From Leucoraja erinacea (Eukaryota), in NCBI RefSeq assembly GCF_028641065.1, contig NC_073388.1, positions 36,518,001-36,582,000 of the forward strand: DNA of 64,000 nt, given 5' to 3'. Positions within the stretch are counted from its first letter, which is position 1; every line of letters starts with the position of its first letter. The notes below the pieces were generated by a model that saw nothing but the letters and a program-made list of their open reading frames with translations, was not told the origin of the DNA and did not search any database. Shown here one piece after another: positions 12,485 to 25,500 of this stretch. The position numbers and the translations under genes are program-made.

Positions 12485-12505
12485 TGAGCTTTTATATATT
12501 AACAG

Positions 12506-12690
12506 GCATGAAGAGCTGGAGCAAGTAATGAAATGCAATAATTACATAAAAAATCAGGGTCATAAAGTTGGCTGCCATTTTTCCAATGACAGTCTCATTG
12601 AGTTTTCTGATTTCAACATATGCATAAATGGCACCTCAAGACTGGGACCAGTGATGCCGACTTATTATACATTTCAACTTCAGGATCACG
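12506..12690 (+). CDS. il13ra2: il13ra2-like exon, D2 second half
   Basis: attaacag|...|gtagga, 185 bp, phase 2 to 1. Encodes HEELEQVMKCNNYIKNQGHKVGCHFSNDSLIEFSDFNICINGTSRLGPVMPTYYTFQLQDH (C..YI, GC.F, DF.IC.NG and YTFQLQ motifs as in IL13RA2). Confidence 0.93.
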
Positions 12691-12951
12691 GTAGGATTCA
12701 GTGATGCATGGTGAATGCCTTTCATATTTCCTTGTAATAAAGAAAGAGACAGTTCTACCCATTGACTCTCACAGAATTGGCTCACAGAACTATTCCATCT
12801 AGCTGTTCATTTTCTCTATAGCCCCTACCTTCCCATCGGTTCCTTCCTGATTCCACCACTCACCTACACTCGAGGGGAAATTTACAGTGGCTAATTAACT
12901 TACTAACCTGCGTGTCTTTGGGCTGTGGAAAGGAACCACAGCACCCAGATG

Positions 12952-13738
12952 CAGTGGCGGAAATCCCGGGGGGGGGCAGGGAGGACACATTCCCCCCGCG
13001 CGCCCCACCCCCCATTTTTTAAATCCGAAGACTGGGGGTGGGACTGCTGATTGAGGGCGCCGATTGGACGAGAGAGACGTCGGTCAGCAGGAAATGGGGC
13101 GGAACATAATTCAGCGCGATGATTGGAGGAGGGAGGTGTCGGTCAGAGGCGGAAGTAGGGGGTTGGACTGAGGATAGAGCGCGGCGATTGGAGGAGGGAG
13201 ATGTGCCCAGGTCATAGGGTCACAACGGCAGCCCTGGACACACACCTGCACGTCATCCGCAGCCAGGACCATCCCCGTCTCCACCCGAGTGGCCCCCCAC
13301 GCCCGGGGGTGGCCGGAGACGTCGGGAGTCAGACGGGAGCTGCGCCCCCAGGCCCACAGCCAGAGCAGAGAAGCAGCGTTAAACCCAGCTCAACTCTGCC
13401 TGTCCCGCCAGGTTAATCTACAGCCCTGCCTGGAATTACGGGAAATATGGCCCAGGCTTACAGCCAGCACGGAGAAGCAGCGCTAGCTCCATGGCTCCGG
13501 ACTGGTATTCCATCAGTCCAGGCAGGGCTGTAGGTTAACCCGGCGATACAGGCAGAGTTGAGCTGCATTTAGCACTGGATTGAGCTGAAATTACCATTCA
13601 CAGGGCCCACAGAAGCCTCCGAAGCCTCGCGTGTGTGTGTGTGTGAGTGAGTGTGCGCATGCGCGCTTGGCTGCAAATAAATTGTGTCCCCTCTGTCCCC
13701 CGGTCCCCTTCATATTTTGATAGCGATTTCCGTCACTG
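12952..13738. mobile_element. Non-autonomous hAT element nested in an antisense V-SINE
   Basis: TIRs cagtggcggaaatc / gatttccgtcactg, with an 8-bp TSD cccagatg / cacagatg. Confidence 0.85.
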
Positions 13739-14281
13739 CACAGATGAAACATGAGTGGTAACATGGAGAATGTCCAAACTCCAGAAAGGAAAGGAGGTTA
13801 GGATTGCATCCTAACTGCTGGAATTGTGAGGCAGCAGCAACAACAGTATCTACACCACTGTATCACCCCAGTGGGTGTCAAAGCCAAAGATTTATCCCTT
13901 GTACTAATCAAGTGCAAGAGGGATTCATGTTGTACCCATGGCTCTCCTTTGTACACAAGCCATAATGATTTATCAAAATAAGATAGAATTTTTGTTTTTA
14001 AGTGAGAGATTATGTTTTTTGATTTTCATTCAGCACTTTGCAGCAGCTTCCTTAAATAAATATAAGCTCCATGTGCTTTGTTCTTCAGAGGGTTGTTGAA
14101 ATATTATTTTTGGCCTTTGCATTCTTGTATGAGAAGAGGGACTGGGTGAGAATTTCTGCAGCTAATGAAAAATTAAATGTAATTTAACCATTAAACTATA
14201 TTCTTTCATATTAAGAAGCAATAAATATTTAATTTGCAATAATTATTTTCTTGTCCTCATGAAATTCGATTGCATTTTCAG

Positions 14282-14424
14282 TTAAGCCAGCAGCTCCTTA
14301 TGAAATTAAAATGACTGCATCAAAAAATGGTATTTATCTAGAGTGGAAGCCTCCAGCTGGTAAAATAAAACCTCACTGCTTGGAATATGAAGTTAATTTC
14401 TCAGGAAAAAACACTGACTGGGAG
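14282..14424 (+). CDS. il13ra2: il13ra2-like exon, D3 first half
   Basis: cattttcag|...|gtaggt, 143 bp, phase 1 to 0. Encodes VKPAAPYEIKMTASKNGIYLEWKPPAGKIKPHCLEYEVNFSGKNTDWE. Confidence 0.92.
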
Positions 14425-15608
14425 GTAGGTGAATTCTTAACTTGGGCAAGTAACTTCACTCTATCATTGCTATTTACTTTGCCTTAGGTTTACATTACAA
14501 GATAAGATTTTTTGATGGTTAAAAACGTCTCAACCCTAATGTACCCTAAAATGCAACCCCGGGATAGGTTGACGCAGTTATTTGTGTACTCGGCACGAAC
14601 CTCCTCCTACCATCTCATCTCCTGATTATATATTTCTATTTCTTGCCTTCACAATAGATTTAATTCTGGACATTAGTTCTTGTGACTTATTTCTAAAAAA
14701 TATGCCAATAGATTTGACATTCAGTATGATGTGAAGTATTCTGAGTCAATGTCACGCTGCTCCATTTTCTGCAAATCCCCCAGACAGTATAGACGGCAAA
14801 AAGCTACAATAATATCGAGCAAATATTTCAATTGCTCTTGGAGCAATTGCTACTCCAATGGTTCATTCTCCAGTTGCCGTTCAAAGCTGCGATAGACGTT
14901 TATCATCCAGTATATTTATTCATCCTTTTTGTTCCCTTGTAAGGGTGGCATTTTGGGGCCATTTTTATGTTTTAAACTGTGTTTGAGACCCTAGGTTTAA
15001 TCTTTGGTTTTTGACCATTTAACTAAATTTTACCATTGTGCTCCTGGGTTTATAGTTGCTGAAATAAGCCTAGGATTCTATTTCTGGTTCCCTACATTGA
15101 GGATGTTAGACTGAATCGGGTTCAATTATAGTATCCCCCGAGGCTAAACCGTTTTGTCATTGAGGCAAAATCATGAAGAATGATTTAGGATGATCAGCCA
15201 TGATCATATTGAGTGGTGGTGCTCGCTCGAAGGGCCAAATGGACTACTCCTGCACCCATTTTCTAATTGTTACTCCACTGTCCCATTCCTTTTGATTTAT
15301 TCCCTTCGTGAATGTCTTTTTTTTTTTTTTTCTCTCTGCATATTACTTTTTTTTTTAAAGCCTACCCTATCCATAAAGACTGTTCCTCATTCCTAACATC
15401 CTTACTGTGATTGATACCTCCCAAATTTAAAAAAAGGCCTATGCTTCAGTTGTAAATCGTTTGTAAAATCAGAAAAATAACTTTTTGTTTATTCATTTCA
15501 TTCATCAAAATAGTATGCAAGTTGAACTTTACCCCAAGTTCTAGGAATTTACATTATTTACTACAGCATACAGCTTTGGAAGTTTATTTTTCACTACTTT
15601 GTTTCCAG

Positions 15609-15756
15609 TCTAAAGTACTTCCAGAAGAAACTACATCTACATTCCTGAATATAACTGTGAAAACAAAGTTCTGCGTCCATTTAAGAGCAGCTGTCAACAT
15701 GTATTGTGCTGATGATAGCGTTTGGAGTGAGTGGAGCTCTACACAGTGCTTGAGAG
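15609..15756 (+). CDS. il13ra2: il13ra2-like exon, D3 second half with WSXWS motif
   Basis: gtttccag|...|gtatat, 148 bp, phase 0 to 1. Encodes SKVLPEETTSTFLNITVKTKFCVHLRAAVNMYCADDSVWSEWSSTQCLR, with WSEWS at 15723-15737. Confidence 0.94.
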
Positions 15757-17154
15757 GTATATCTATAACTCACCATGAAAACAAGTCTGAGAATCTCTGA
15801 CAAGCCTGTCACAAAGAAGAGATTAAAATGTATAAATGTCTTTATAGTTTTTTGACTATTTGCTTTAGATTCAAGTTTCATTACAAAACTCGTATTGCCA
15901 CTTTCATTTCACTGCACATCTCGTATGTGTATGTGACAAATAAACTTGACTTGACTTGACTTAACATATGGTGGGTGCTCCCAGGTTTAATTTAATGGTA
16001 CTTCTGCAATTCTGATATTGGACAAAATGACCCAAATATTGAAATTCTTTGGATAAAATCTGTGTCGATGCAAATGCTGCAGGGGAACTAAAATAAGTTC
16101 AAGTTCAAGTGAGTTTATTTTCATGTCTCCCTGATAGGATAATGAAATTCTTGCTTTGCTTCAGCACAACAGAACATAGTAGGCATTTACTACAAAACAG
16201 ATCAGTGTGTCCATATGCCATTATATAAATATATACACACACACAATAATTGTGTGTATAATTATAGACTCTAAACAAATAATTGTGGACTCTTAACAAT
16301 CAGACAGTTTTCCATAAGCCAGTCTGTTAAACATGCCAGTTCCAGCAATTGGGAAGACGTTGTGGGAATTTTTGTCCTATAATTCAATTTCTCCCATATT
16401 TCAATGACTTCAAATGATGTTGTTAACATATGCAGTGGAAAGACATGCAGACATCCTCATCGGTACAAGATGACTCTTTGTCATGGTTGGTTGAATGACC
16501 ATTCTAATTACTAGGGCACAAATCTGGTCAGATGACGTTTGTGAAGAGGGAACAAAGTTATGTTTTAAGCCAAAATTACATTGATCTGAAACATTAACTG
16601 TTTCTCTCTCCTATGGAGGATTTGTGAGGATTTCTGGCACTGTGTTTCTTTAATTTTATGGGGGTTTTTTGGCTTCTGGATCATTCAATCCTACAGGCTG
16701 TGTTGGATTACTTGGCTACTAACAAGGAACATGATGATGGTGCAAGTCTAACGCTCCCTTTTGCATTAGTAAAGGAACTGCTAGAATACCCAGATTTAAT
16801 TCATGTCCACTAACTTATTTACCAAGTCTGTTGGAAGATGAAAATCTCTTACCTTTGATATTTTTTAATTACATCTGAATTGATGAAAAATAAACAGAAC
16901 TAAAGCAAAATATTTTTTTGTTGCTGATTAAAATTTGCTGAGGAAGGAATGTTGGACAAAGGAACCAAAACGGAGGCATTTGTAATTCCTTTGCATTGAC
17001 CAGGTGGCTTTATGTTAAGGAGCGAAATGATGTTGCTCATATAACATTTATGGAAGTGTCTTATTACTAAAGACTGATTTTATAATTAACACAGACTAGT
17101 GATAAAATGAGATGACAAGTAAAATACTTGTTCTATGAAATTCTTAACCTGCAG

Positions 17155-17287
17155 ACTATCCAGCAGAAGAAGAGCATACCATTATCAAACGTAACTTGTT
17201 CAGCGAGCTGATTTTACTCACAGCTTTGGCATCAATCTCATTGACATTACTTGTGGGTGTTCTTGCCTGCTGGGTCAGATGGAAACG
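17155..17287 (+). CDS. il13ra2: il13ra2-like transmembrane exon
   Basis: cctgcag|...|gtaagg, 133 bp, phase 1 to 2. Encodes DYPAEEEHTIIKRNLFSELILLTALASISLTLLVGVLACWVRWKR (hydrophobic helix followed by a basic stop-transfer segment). Confidence 0.88.
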
Positions 17288-17737
17288 GTAAGGATATTTA
17301 ATACAAAGGCAATCATAGCCAATGTTTTTTAATTCCTGTTTTTAAGATATTGTCAGTGACATTAATACTTAAAAATATTGTGAAAATATGATTAATTACA
17401 ATAATCATAAGTCATTAATTATTATGTTCACTCTTACATTTTCACTGCCCAGCTATTTTAAATTAGATAAAAATGTGATTTAGATTTTTTTTTTTTTCTG
17501 CCAATATATCACATGTAACCAAAGTGCAGCCTGTTGCTGCATGCAGAGCTGATGAACTAAACAATTCAAGCTGATAACCTATAGGTTTTGTATTTTATTC
17601 CGTAAAGATTATATCATCTACATCTGTGATTTAGCATAAAGCAACTTATGCACAACAGAGGTGTATATCATTTCATCTTAAAGTGAAGTGGGCATTATGC
17701 TATTGAATATTTACCTAATTTATTTTTGTTTTTTCAG

Positions 17738-17819
17738 ATCATTTTCAAAGAAAAAGGTTAACATGTTACTCACTGAAGAAACCAAAAGCATCAATGAAAG
17801 AAACTGCCTTAACTGTTGA
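17738..17819 (+). CDS. il13ra2: il13ra2-like terminal coding exon (short cytoplasmic tail)
   Basis: Strong acceptor tatttttgttttttcag, phase 2. Encodes SFSKKKVNMLLTEETKSINERNCLNC, with TGA at 17817-17819. Confidence 0.75.
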
Positions 17820-19619
17820 AATATTGCTTGCATTATCTAAAAGAATATTACTGATTGTTAATACTATCTACTAATTGCATTCTAAATGTATATCGTTTTT
17901 TTTTAAATCTTGCATATAAAAATAGGCTTGTATGTATTGAGCCATTGATGTTTTAATTGCTCCTGAAATGTTTATATTGTTAACAGTCACATGGCAAGGT
18001 CAGGGTAACCTGAGATAAGGCATCATTGCAGCAGTTATTTTCAAATTCAGTAATTTAGAAAAACTCATTCTGCAACTCACAAGACATTTCTCGTGAAAAT
18101 TTCAATTAAGAAATATTTTCCGGGATGCCATAAAAAGTAGGAAAGGAAACAATGGAGGCTCTGACCCTAACTGGTCTTGTCTGGTGTGCTAGAAGATTGA
18201 TATCATGCCTTGGAAAGGGATTACAGCACAAATAACAAACTATTGGAGGAACTCAGTGGGTCAGGCAACAGCAGTGGAGGGAAATGGACAGATGATTTTT
18301 CGAGTCCGAACGCTTCTTCAGATTGAAGGATGCCACTTTGAAGAAGATCTCTTTCTGCAGTTCCTCCAGCAGTTAGGTTTTTTACAGCATTTGCAGTCTC
18401 TTGTGTTTACTAATTGCAGCAATATCTGCTTGACTTTAGTTATGGGAATTAATGGGGAAATAGAATGAGCTGCAATATTGATTGTCATCTGGAAAAGCAC
18501 CAGGGGCAATCAAGGGTTGGTTGTGTAAAATTGGTGTTAGACTATATATGTATTTTTATAAAGAGGGAACAAGGAGGATTGGTGAGTATGATATGCTTAA
18601 TATCATCTCATGTTGGAAAGCCCTTTAGTAAGTCCATGGAATCCAAGGGAAGGTAGGAAGTTAAATCCTAAATTTGTTCTGACTGTCAATTGTTGTTTTG
18701 AAAAGTTGCAAGCTGTTGTTGCAGGACTCAGTTCTTGGTATCTTTCTTTTTGGGTTCTGCATTAATCATTTAGACTTAAATGTAAATGGCACATGTTAGA
18801 TTAAATGAAAATTCCCCATGTGGTCTCCAGTGAGAACAAAATCTGGTGAAGTATCAATAAATTGGATATGTGCAGAAAAATGACATGGAAGAGTCAAAGG
18901 AAGTTTGAAGTAATGCACAGTGCACAATTATGACAAGAAGTACACATTAAATGGTTAAAAATACTGAAAAGAAACAAGGAATAGATGGACCCTAGAGTGC
19001 TCATCATTAGATCCCCAAAGCTAGCAAAACAAGTCAGAAAGGTGAGGGCTAGTTAAGGACAGCCTCAGTTTTGAAATTCTGTTGATAGGGTTCAAAACAC
19101 AACAAGGCTTTGTTCTTTCGCATGAATGTGATGAGGTTTGTTTAGGATGCACCTAGTGGAATAAATAAGTGGGTAACTAATGCATGTATTTTGATTTTTC
19201 AAAATCAATATAAGTTGTACATAAGTTGATACAGTTAGAGCACATGGAATTTGGGGTACAAGTATGAATGAAGTATTGACTATTGGATATAAAGCAAAGG
19301 ATGGGAATAAGTGCACCTTTCTCTGACAGGCATGCTGTGACCAGTGTGGCAACAGTAGAACAGATGCTTGGATCCCCAGTTATTTGCAATCTATATCAAT
19401 GATTCCCTGAAAGTGGCAATACAGGTCAGTAGGGTGATGAAGAAGGCATGTGGGGTGCTGGCCTTCATGCTTTGAATCAAAGGATATAAATGTTGAGACC
19501 TTATATTGCAACTTCACACAAGTTAGAGTTATAGAGTTATGCAGCACAGAAATGGATCCTTTGGCGCACAACCTCCATGCCAACATTTTTGACCATCTCG
19601 TGTCCATGGAGTATTAGAT

Positions 19620-20374
19620 GTGAGGGCTGGTCCCTCAATGCAATATTCCACCTCTCCACCAATTCTAATATTGGGGGGGGGTGGCAAGTGGGCGGGGGGG
19701 GGGAGAGGCTTTCTGGAGCGCTAGTATGGGTTTGTGGGCTAAAAGGACTGGTATGGACATTGTCTGCCAAATGGATTCTTGGGCTGGCAGCTCAGTCACT
19801 CACAACCAGTGGGCTGGCAGTTGACTCGTGCTATTCCTTGAAATTCCATTTCAAGCAGAGTGCAGGCCACCAAATTCAAATGAAGCTTCCTACCATTTCA
19901 AGCAGGGTGCAAGGCCACCAAATTCAAAAGCAGTTTCCTACCATTTCAAGCAGGGTGCAAGGCCACCAAATTCAAAAGCAGTTTCCTACCATTTCAAGCA
20001 GGGTGCAAGGCCACCAAATTTAAAAGCAGTTTCCCACCATTTCAAGCAGGGTGCAAGGCCATCAAGGTGACCTTTCCCTCCCCCATCTTGCAGAGACTGA
20101 GCCACGTCTACACGTCTAGGTTTTATAGTCCCTACCCCTCCTATCGGAAGGGGCGTGGCCTTCATGGCAGTGATTGACAGGAGAGAGAATCTCAACATTT
20201 TTTAAACACCAATAACTCTTTTATTTTTCATCGATGGGAAAAATCCAGTGCATCTGATTAGCAGAGGAAGACTAAGATGGCCAAAAATCACAGCCATAAG
20301 TGGTAGCGTTTTTTCTAAAATCAATATACAGTGCAAACAGGAAGTGGTCAAGTTTAGACTTTTAATTATATAGA
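19620..20374 (-). mobile_element. Non-autonomous Helitron, 3'-truncated
   Basis: Minus-strand 5' end A|TCTATATAATTAAAAGTC. Both subterminal regions match the complete copy at 45720-46862. Confidence 0.75.
19846..20062. repeat. 48-bp minisatellite (about 4.5 copies) inside the Helitron
   Basis: Unit ccatttcaagcagggtgcaaggccaccaaattcaaaagcagtttccta at 19846, 19893, 19941, 19989 and 20037. Confidence 0.95.
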
Positions 20375-22539
20375 TTGTCTGATGTTCCAGCTGCCTCTCT
20401 ACTGGAAGGATGAGATTGTGCTGCAACGATTATCCAGGATGTTGGATTAGACGACTTAGCTGGAGTCAAACCTGATGAGCTAGAGCCTGGCTAGATAATT
20501 AGACTAGTTGCCAAGATAGTTGGAATGTCATACTATGTGAGATTGGGTAGACGGGGATGTGTATTTTTTTAATTCTTTAAAAGTATGAGATGAGATAACT
20601 TCTAATAAGTTATAAAATTCTAAAATGTTATAACTTATGGCCTTCATACGCCAGTTGCAATGTAAATGGTGATTGATTGCTTGCAGAACCCAGAGGAGAA
20701 ACTACCATCCTCCGATAAAAATCGTCGTACTCTTTCAAATCTGTAAGTCAAGCAACATTTTTAGTTCTAATAATATTCTCTTTACAATGCTAAGAGCTAT
20801 GTTCTGCACTCTATATCTTTCCCTTTGCTCTACCAATTTTACTCGAGTTTAGCTCAATTGTATTTAATTATCTAATTTGATAGCATGTAAAACAATTTTT
20901 CACTGTACAATAATAAACCTAATCTAAACCTCAATGTTTCCTCTAACTTGGGAATTTGTGTACCGTGGTCAGAGATAAGATGTTTAAAATTGAGATAAGA
21001 AATTCTTACAATCAAGAGGGAGCGAAACTTTTGAATTCTCTATCTCGAACCAGCAGTCGAAGCTCAGATTTTAAAAAAAGGTAATGTACTGGGGCAAATC
21101 AACGTATCAGGCAGCATCTCTGGGAGACCATGAACAGGTGATGTTTTGGGTCAAGACCCTTCGTCAGACTGCTGCCTGACCTGCTGAGGTACTGCAGCCC
21201 TTTTGCCTTTTTATAAACCAGCATCTGCTGTTCATTGTTTCTACTGTGGAAACTCAGTTGTTATCTAAATTCAAAATAGAGAATTATAGATTTCTGGGCA
21301 TAAAGGGTATTTAGGGATATGAAGACAAAGCAGGAATTTGGCACTGAGCTGGAAGTTCATCCATGATCTTGAAAAATGACACAAAAAAGGTCAGAGGCTA
21401 CAGTATATAGCTTCCCCATTCCTATTTCTTGTCATAGAGTTAAACAGCATGGAAGCAGGCCCTTTGTGATAATACTTCTTTCAACTACATCCTCTGGCAG
21501 CTCATTCCATATACCTACCACCCTATATGTAAAAATGTTGACCCTCGGGTTCCTATTAATTTATTTCCCCCTTACCTTAAATCTTTGCCCTCTGGTTCTC
21601 GATTCCCCTACGCTTGATAAAAGACTCATTTACCCTACATATTCCTCTCAGAATCTTATACACCTTTATAAGATTACACCTCACCTGCCTGTGCTCCAAG
21701 GAATAAAGGCACCGATGAAGCAACTTGGAAAGTTGTTGCTTTTGTTATTACTCTGGCAAATTGGCAACATTTTGTTTTAGTAAGTATTGAGCAAGGCGTG
21801 TGTGCAGTTCTGACCACTGCATAACAGGAAGAGCATGACCGCATTTGAAATAAATCACAGGACATTTTTGTGGCATTTTCCAGGACTGGAGCATTTCTGC
21901 TAATATTGAGCGGTCTGAAATTATTTCCTTTGGAATAGAAGAGCCTAGGAGATTAGTTAATTTGTATTGTGTTACATTTTGTGTGACCAGATGGTTCTTA
22001 AATTCATAAGACATAGCAGCAGAGCGTATTCTGCCATTCAATCATGACTAACCTATCTTTCCCTATCAACCCCATTCTCCTGCCATTTCTGTGATCTTTT
22101 CACCACTAAAGCAAGGAAACAATCTGGTTCCATTGAGAGGAACTCAATAACCAATATGCATTTTCTACCAAAGTAATTTATCAAAAGATTGGAGGAGGAT
22201 TAAGAAAAATGTCCTTGTAACCTAAATGATGGGAATCCAGAACCCACCACCTGAAAGGCTGGTGAAGTAGAAACCATTTAAAATACAGTATATTGTAGTG
22301 TACACTAGATATACTGCAATATAGACGGCTATAACCAAGAGCTGGAAGGGAGTTTTTATGGCTGGGGAACTCTTTCTCAGCTGGCATAGACATACTGGTT
22401 TAATCCCCTCTGCTTAATGATTCTATGAATATATAAACTAGAAAATGGTAGGCCATGTGAAGATCTGTGGGATAGATTCAACTACCAAAAATGATGAGCT
22501 ATCCCAATAATCTTTGGAAAGTAGCCTAAATAGCTACAT

Positions 22540-23477
22540 TAATGAGTTAGATGAAGGGATTCAAAAAGTAACATTAACAAATTTGCAGATGACACAAAGC
22601 TGGGTGGCAGTGTGAACTGTGAGAACGATGCTATGAGAATGCAGGGTGACTTGGACATGTTGGGGGAGTGGGCAGATGCATGGCAGATGAAGTTTAATGT
22701 GGATAAATGTGAGGTTATCTACTTTGGTATCAAAAACAGGAAGGCAGATTATTATCTAAATGGTGTCAACTTGGGAAAAGGGGAAGTACAACGGGATCTG
22801 AAGGTCCTTGTTCATCAATCTATGAAAATAAGCATGCAGGTCCAGCAGGCAGTGAAGAAAGCAAATGCCATGTTGGCCTTTATAACAAGAGGAGTCAACT
22901 ATAAGAGCAAAGAGGTCCTTCTGCAGTTGTACAGGGCCCTAGTGAGACCACACCTGGAGTATTGTGTGCAATTTTGGTCCACTAATTTGAGGAAGGACAT
23001 TCTTGCTATTTAGGGAGTGCAGCGTAGGTTTACAAGGTTAATTCCCAGGATGGCAGGACTGTCATATGCTGAGAGAATGGAACGGCTGGGCTTGTACACT
23101 CTGGAGTTTCGAAGGATGAGAGGTGATCTTATTGAAATATAATATTGTTAGGGGTTTGGACCCGCTAGAGGCAGGAAACATGTTCCCAATGTTGGGGGAG
23201 TCCAGGACCAGGGCCACAATTTAAGAACGGAGACGAGGAAACACTTTTTCTCACAGAGAATTGTGAGTCTGTGGAATTCTCTGCCTCAGAGGGCGGTGGA
23301 GGCCGGTTCTCTGGATACTTTCAAGAGAGAGCTGGATAGGGCTCTTAAAGATAGCGGAATCAGGGATATGGGGAGAAGGCAGGAACGGGGTACTGATTGG
23401 GGATGATCAGCCATGATCGCATTGAATGGCAGTGCTGGCTCGATGGGCCGAATGGCCTACTCCTGCACCTATTGTCT
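22540..23477 (+). mobile_element. CR1 (HER1-like) LINE 3' fragment
   Basis: KFADDTK, WQMKFNVDKC and LYRALVRPHLEYCVQFW motifs, plus the 3' UTR. Confidence 0.93.
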
Positions 23478-23809
23478 ATTGATTTTTAAAAGGAAGATTT
23501 TGAAGTGAGCAGTATATTTCAGGACCACAGAATGTTGGAAGTGCATCATGGAGATATTCTTGAAGTGTGATTGCCCCACTAACATAAAAACAAATGCTAA
23601 AAGAGCTTATTAAGTCAAAGAGCCTCAGAGTCACACAGCACGGGAACAAGCCTTTAGACTCACTGTGTACTTGCTGGCCATCCAGCACATGCCTGTTCAA
23701 ATCCCAATTCCAACAGCCCACAGCCTTATGAGCCCTGCTGTTTCAAATGAGTTCCACATACTTTGTTTGTGTGTTCCTTAGTGAAGACAGAACCAATCTC
23801 ACAAATGCA

Positions 23810-24640
23810 CTAGCGGACAGATGATCTATGGTGACGGTGGAACTGAAGGAAATTAACATTAGTCAGGAAATGGTGTTGGGTAGACTGATGGGACTGAAGA
23901 GTGAGAAATCCACAGGGTCTGATCATCTGCATCCCAGGGTACTCAAAGAGGTGGCTTTAGAAATTGTGGACGCATTGGTGATCATTTTCCAATGTTCTCT
24001 AGACTCTGGATCAGTTCCTGTGGATTGGAGGGTAGCTAATATCATCCCACTTTTTAAGAAAGGAGGCAGAGAGAAAGCAGGGAATTATAGACCAGTTAGC
24101 CTGACATCGGTGGTGGGGAAGATGCCGGAGTCAATTATTAAAAATGGAATAGCATTTGGATAGCAGTAACAGGATCGGTCTGAGTCAGCATGGATTTACA
24201 AAGGGAAATTCTTGCTTTACTATTCTTCTGAAAAATTTTGAGGATGTAACAAGTAAAATTGATGGGAGAGCCAGTGGGTCTTATAGAAACATATAAAAAT
24301 ATTAAGGGATTGGACACGCTAGATGCAGGAAACATGTTCCCGATGTTGGGGGAGCCAAGAACCGGGGGCCACAGTTTAAGAATAAGGAGTAGGCTATTTA
24401 GAACTGAGATGAGGAAAAACTTTTTCAGCCAGCCAGTTGAGAATTTGTGGAATTCTCTGCCTCAGAGGTCGACTGACTGGATGCATTCAAAAGAGAGTTA
24501 GATAGAGCTCTTGGGCTAGCAAAATCAAGGGATAGGGGGAGAAGGTAGGAATGGGGTTGTGGTTGATCAGCCACGATCACATTGAATGGTGGTGCTGGCT
24601 GGAAGGGTTGAATGGGCTACTCCTGCACCTATTTTCCACA
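23810..24640 (+). mobile_element. CR1 LINE with an internal deletion
   Basis: ORF 23828-24163 (LHPRVLKE...PVDWRVANIIPLFKKG...NYRPVSLTS) is joined near 24277 directly to the C-terminal region. Confidence 0.9.
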
Positions 24641-24689
24641 GTATGTATCTGTGTTTCAGGTCTCTGGTGAAAGAAAAATCTTCTCTAAT

Positions 24690-25500
24690 CCTCACACTCC
24701 TTACCTTAGGCCTGTGCCTTCTGGCCATAAACACATCTGCTAAGGGGAAAACTATCCCACTGTATCGATGCCCCTCATAATTTTGTGTAACTCAGCCAGA
24801 CACCCATGAGTCTTCTCCACTTCAAGGAAAACAAACCCACCCTATCCAGCCTTTCCTCATACCTCATGGGTAAATCTTCTCTGTGGCCTCCCCAATGCCC
24901 ATCCTTTTCATTGTGTGGTGACTAGAACAGCACATAGTACTCCTGTGATATAATTACTGTCCTGCATAGTTGTACCAAAACCTCACTGCGCTCTTACGCT
25001 CTATATCTTACCAATGAAGAAAAATATCCATTATGCTTTCTTGGTCATCTTTCTCCTTCTGTTGTCAACTTTACAGATCCTAGAGACAAATACTCTAATG
25101 TCCCTCTGTTCCGTAATACTCCCTATGGCCCATCCAGTCGTTATTCATATCCTAAACTTATTTGTTCTTCTATGTATTAGGTTTAAATTCCAGCTGCCTT
25201 TTTCTGTCTGACATCATCACTCCATGGCAAAAGACTATCCTCCCCACTATCCTCAACAACATCATTATCTGTGTCATCTGTGAACTTACTTATCACACCT
25301 CTTCCGACAATGTTCACATTGATAATGTACAGCCAGGTTATTACCGTTGAGCCTTTGGATGCATCACAGGTCTGAAGTTTCTAACCAGAAAAATAACCAT
25401 CAGCCTGTGCCTCTTATTACAAAGCTAATTTTGGAACCAATTTTCCAACTTGCCAGATCCCTTGGATTCTTATCATTTGGATCAGTCTCCTGGGCGGGTT
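24690..25500 (-). mobile_element. Old degraded CR1 fragment
   Basis: Recognisable but decayed CR1 3' sequence on the minus strand. Confidence 0.6.

Noticed and set aside
4490-17819. Assignment to IL13RA1, IL5RA, CSF2RA or IL2RG
   Set aside because: The DGFNLNKG, TFQLQ and N.YC.DD..WSEWS motifs and the short Box1-less tail fit IL13RA2 better. A phylogeny is still needed.
19846-20062. Regular 48-bp repeats as a CRISPR array or repeat protein
   Set aside because: There are no unique spacers, the context is eukaryotic, and the array lies inside a Helitron. The open frames follow from a unit length divisible by 3.
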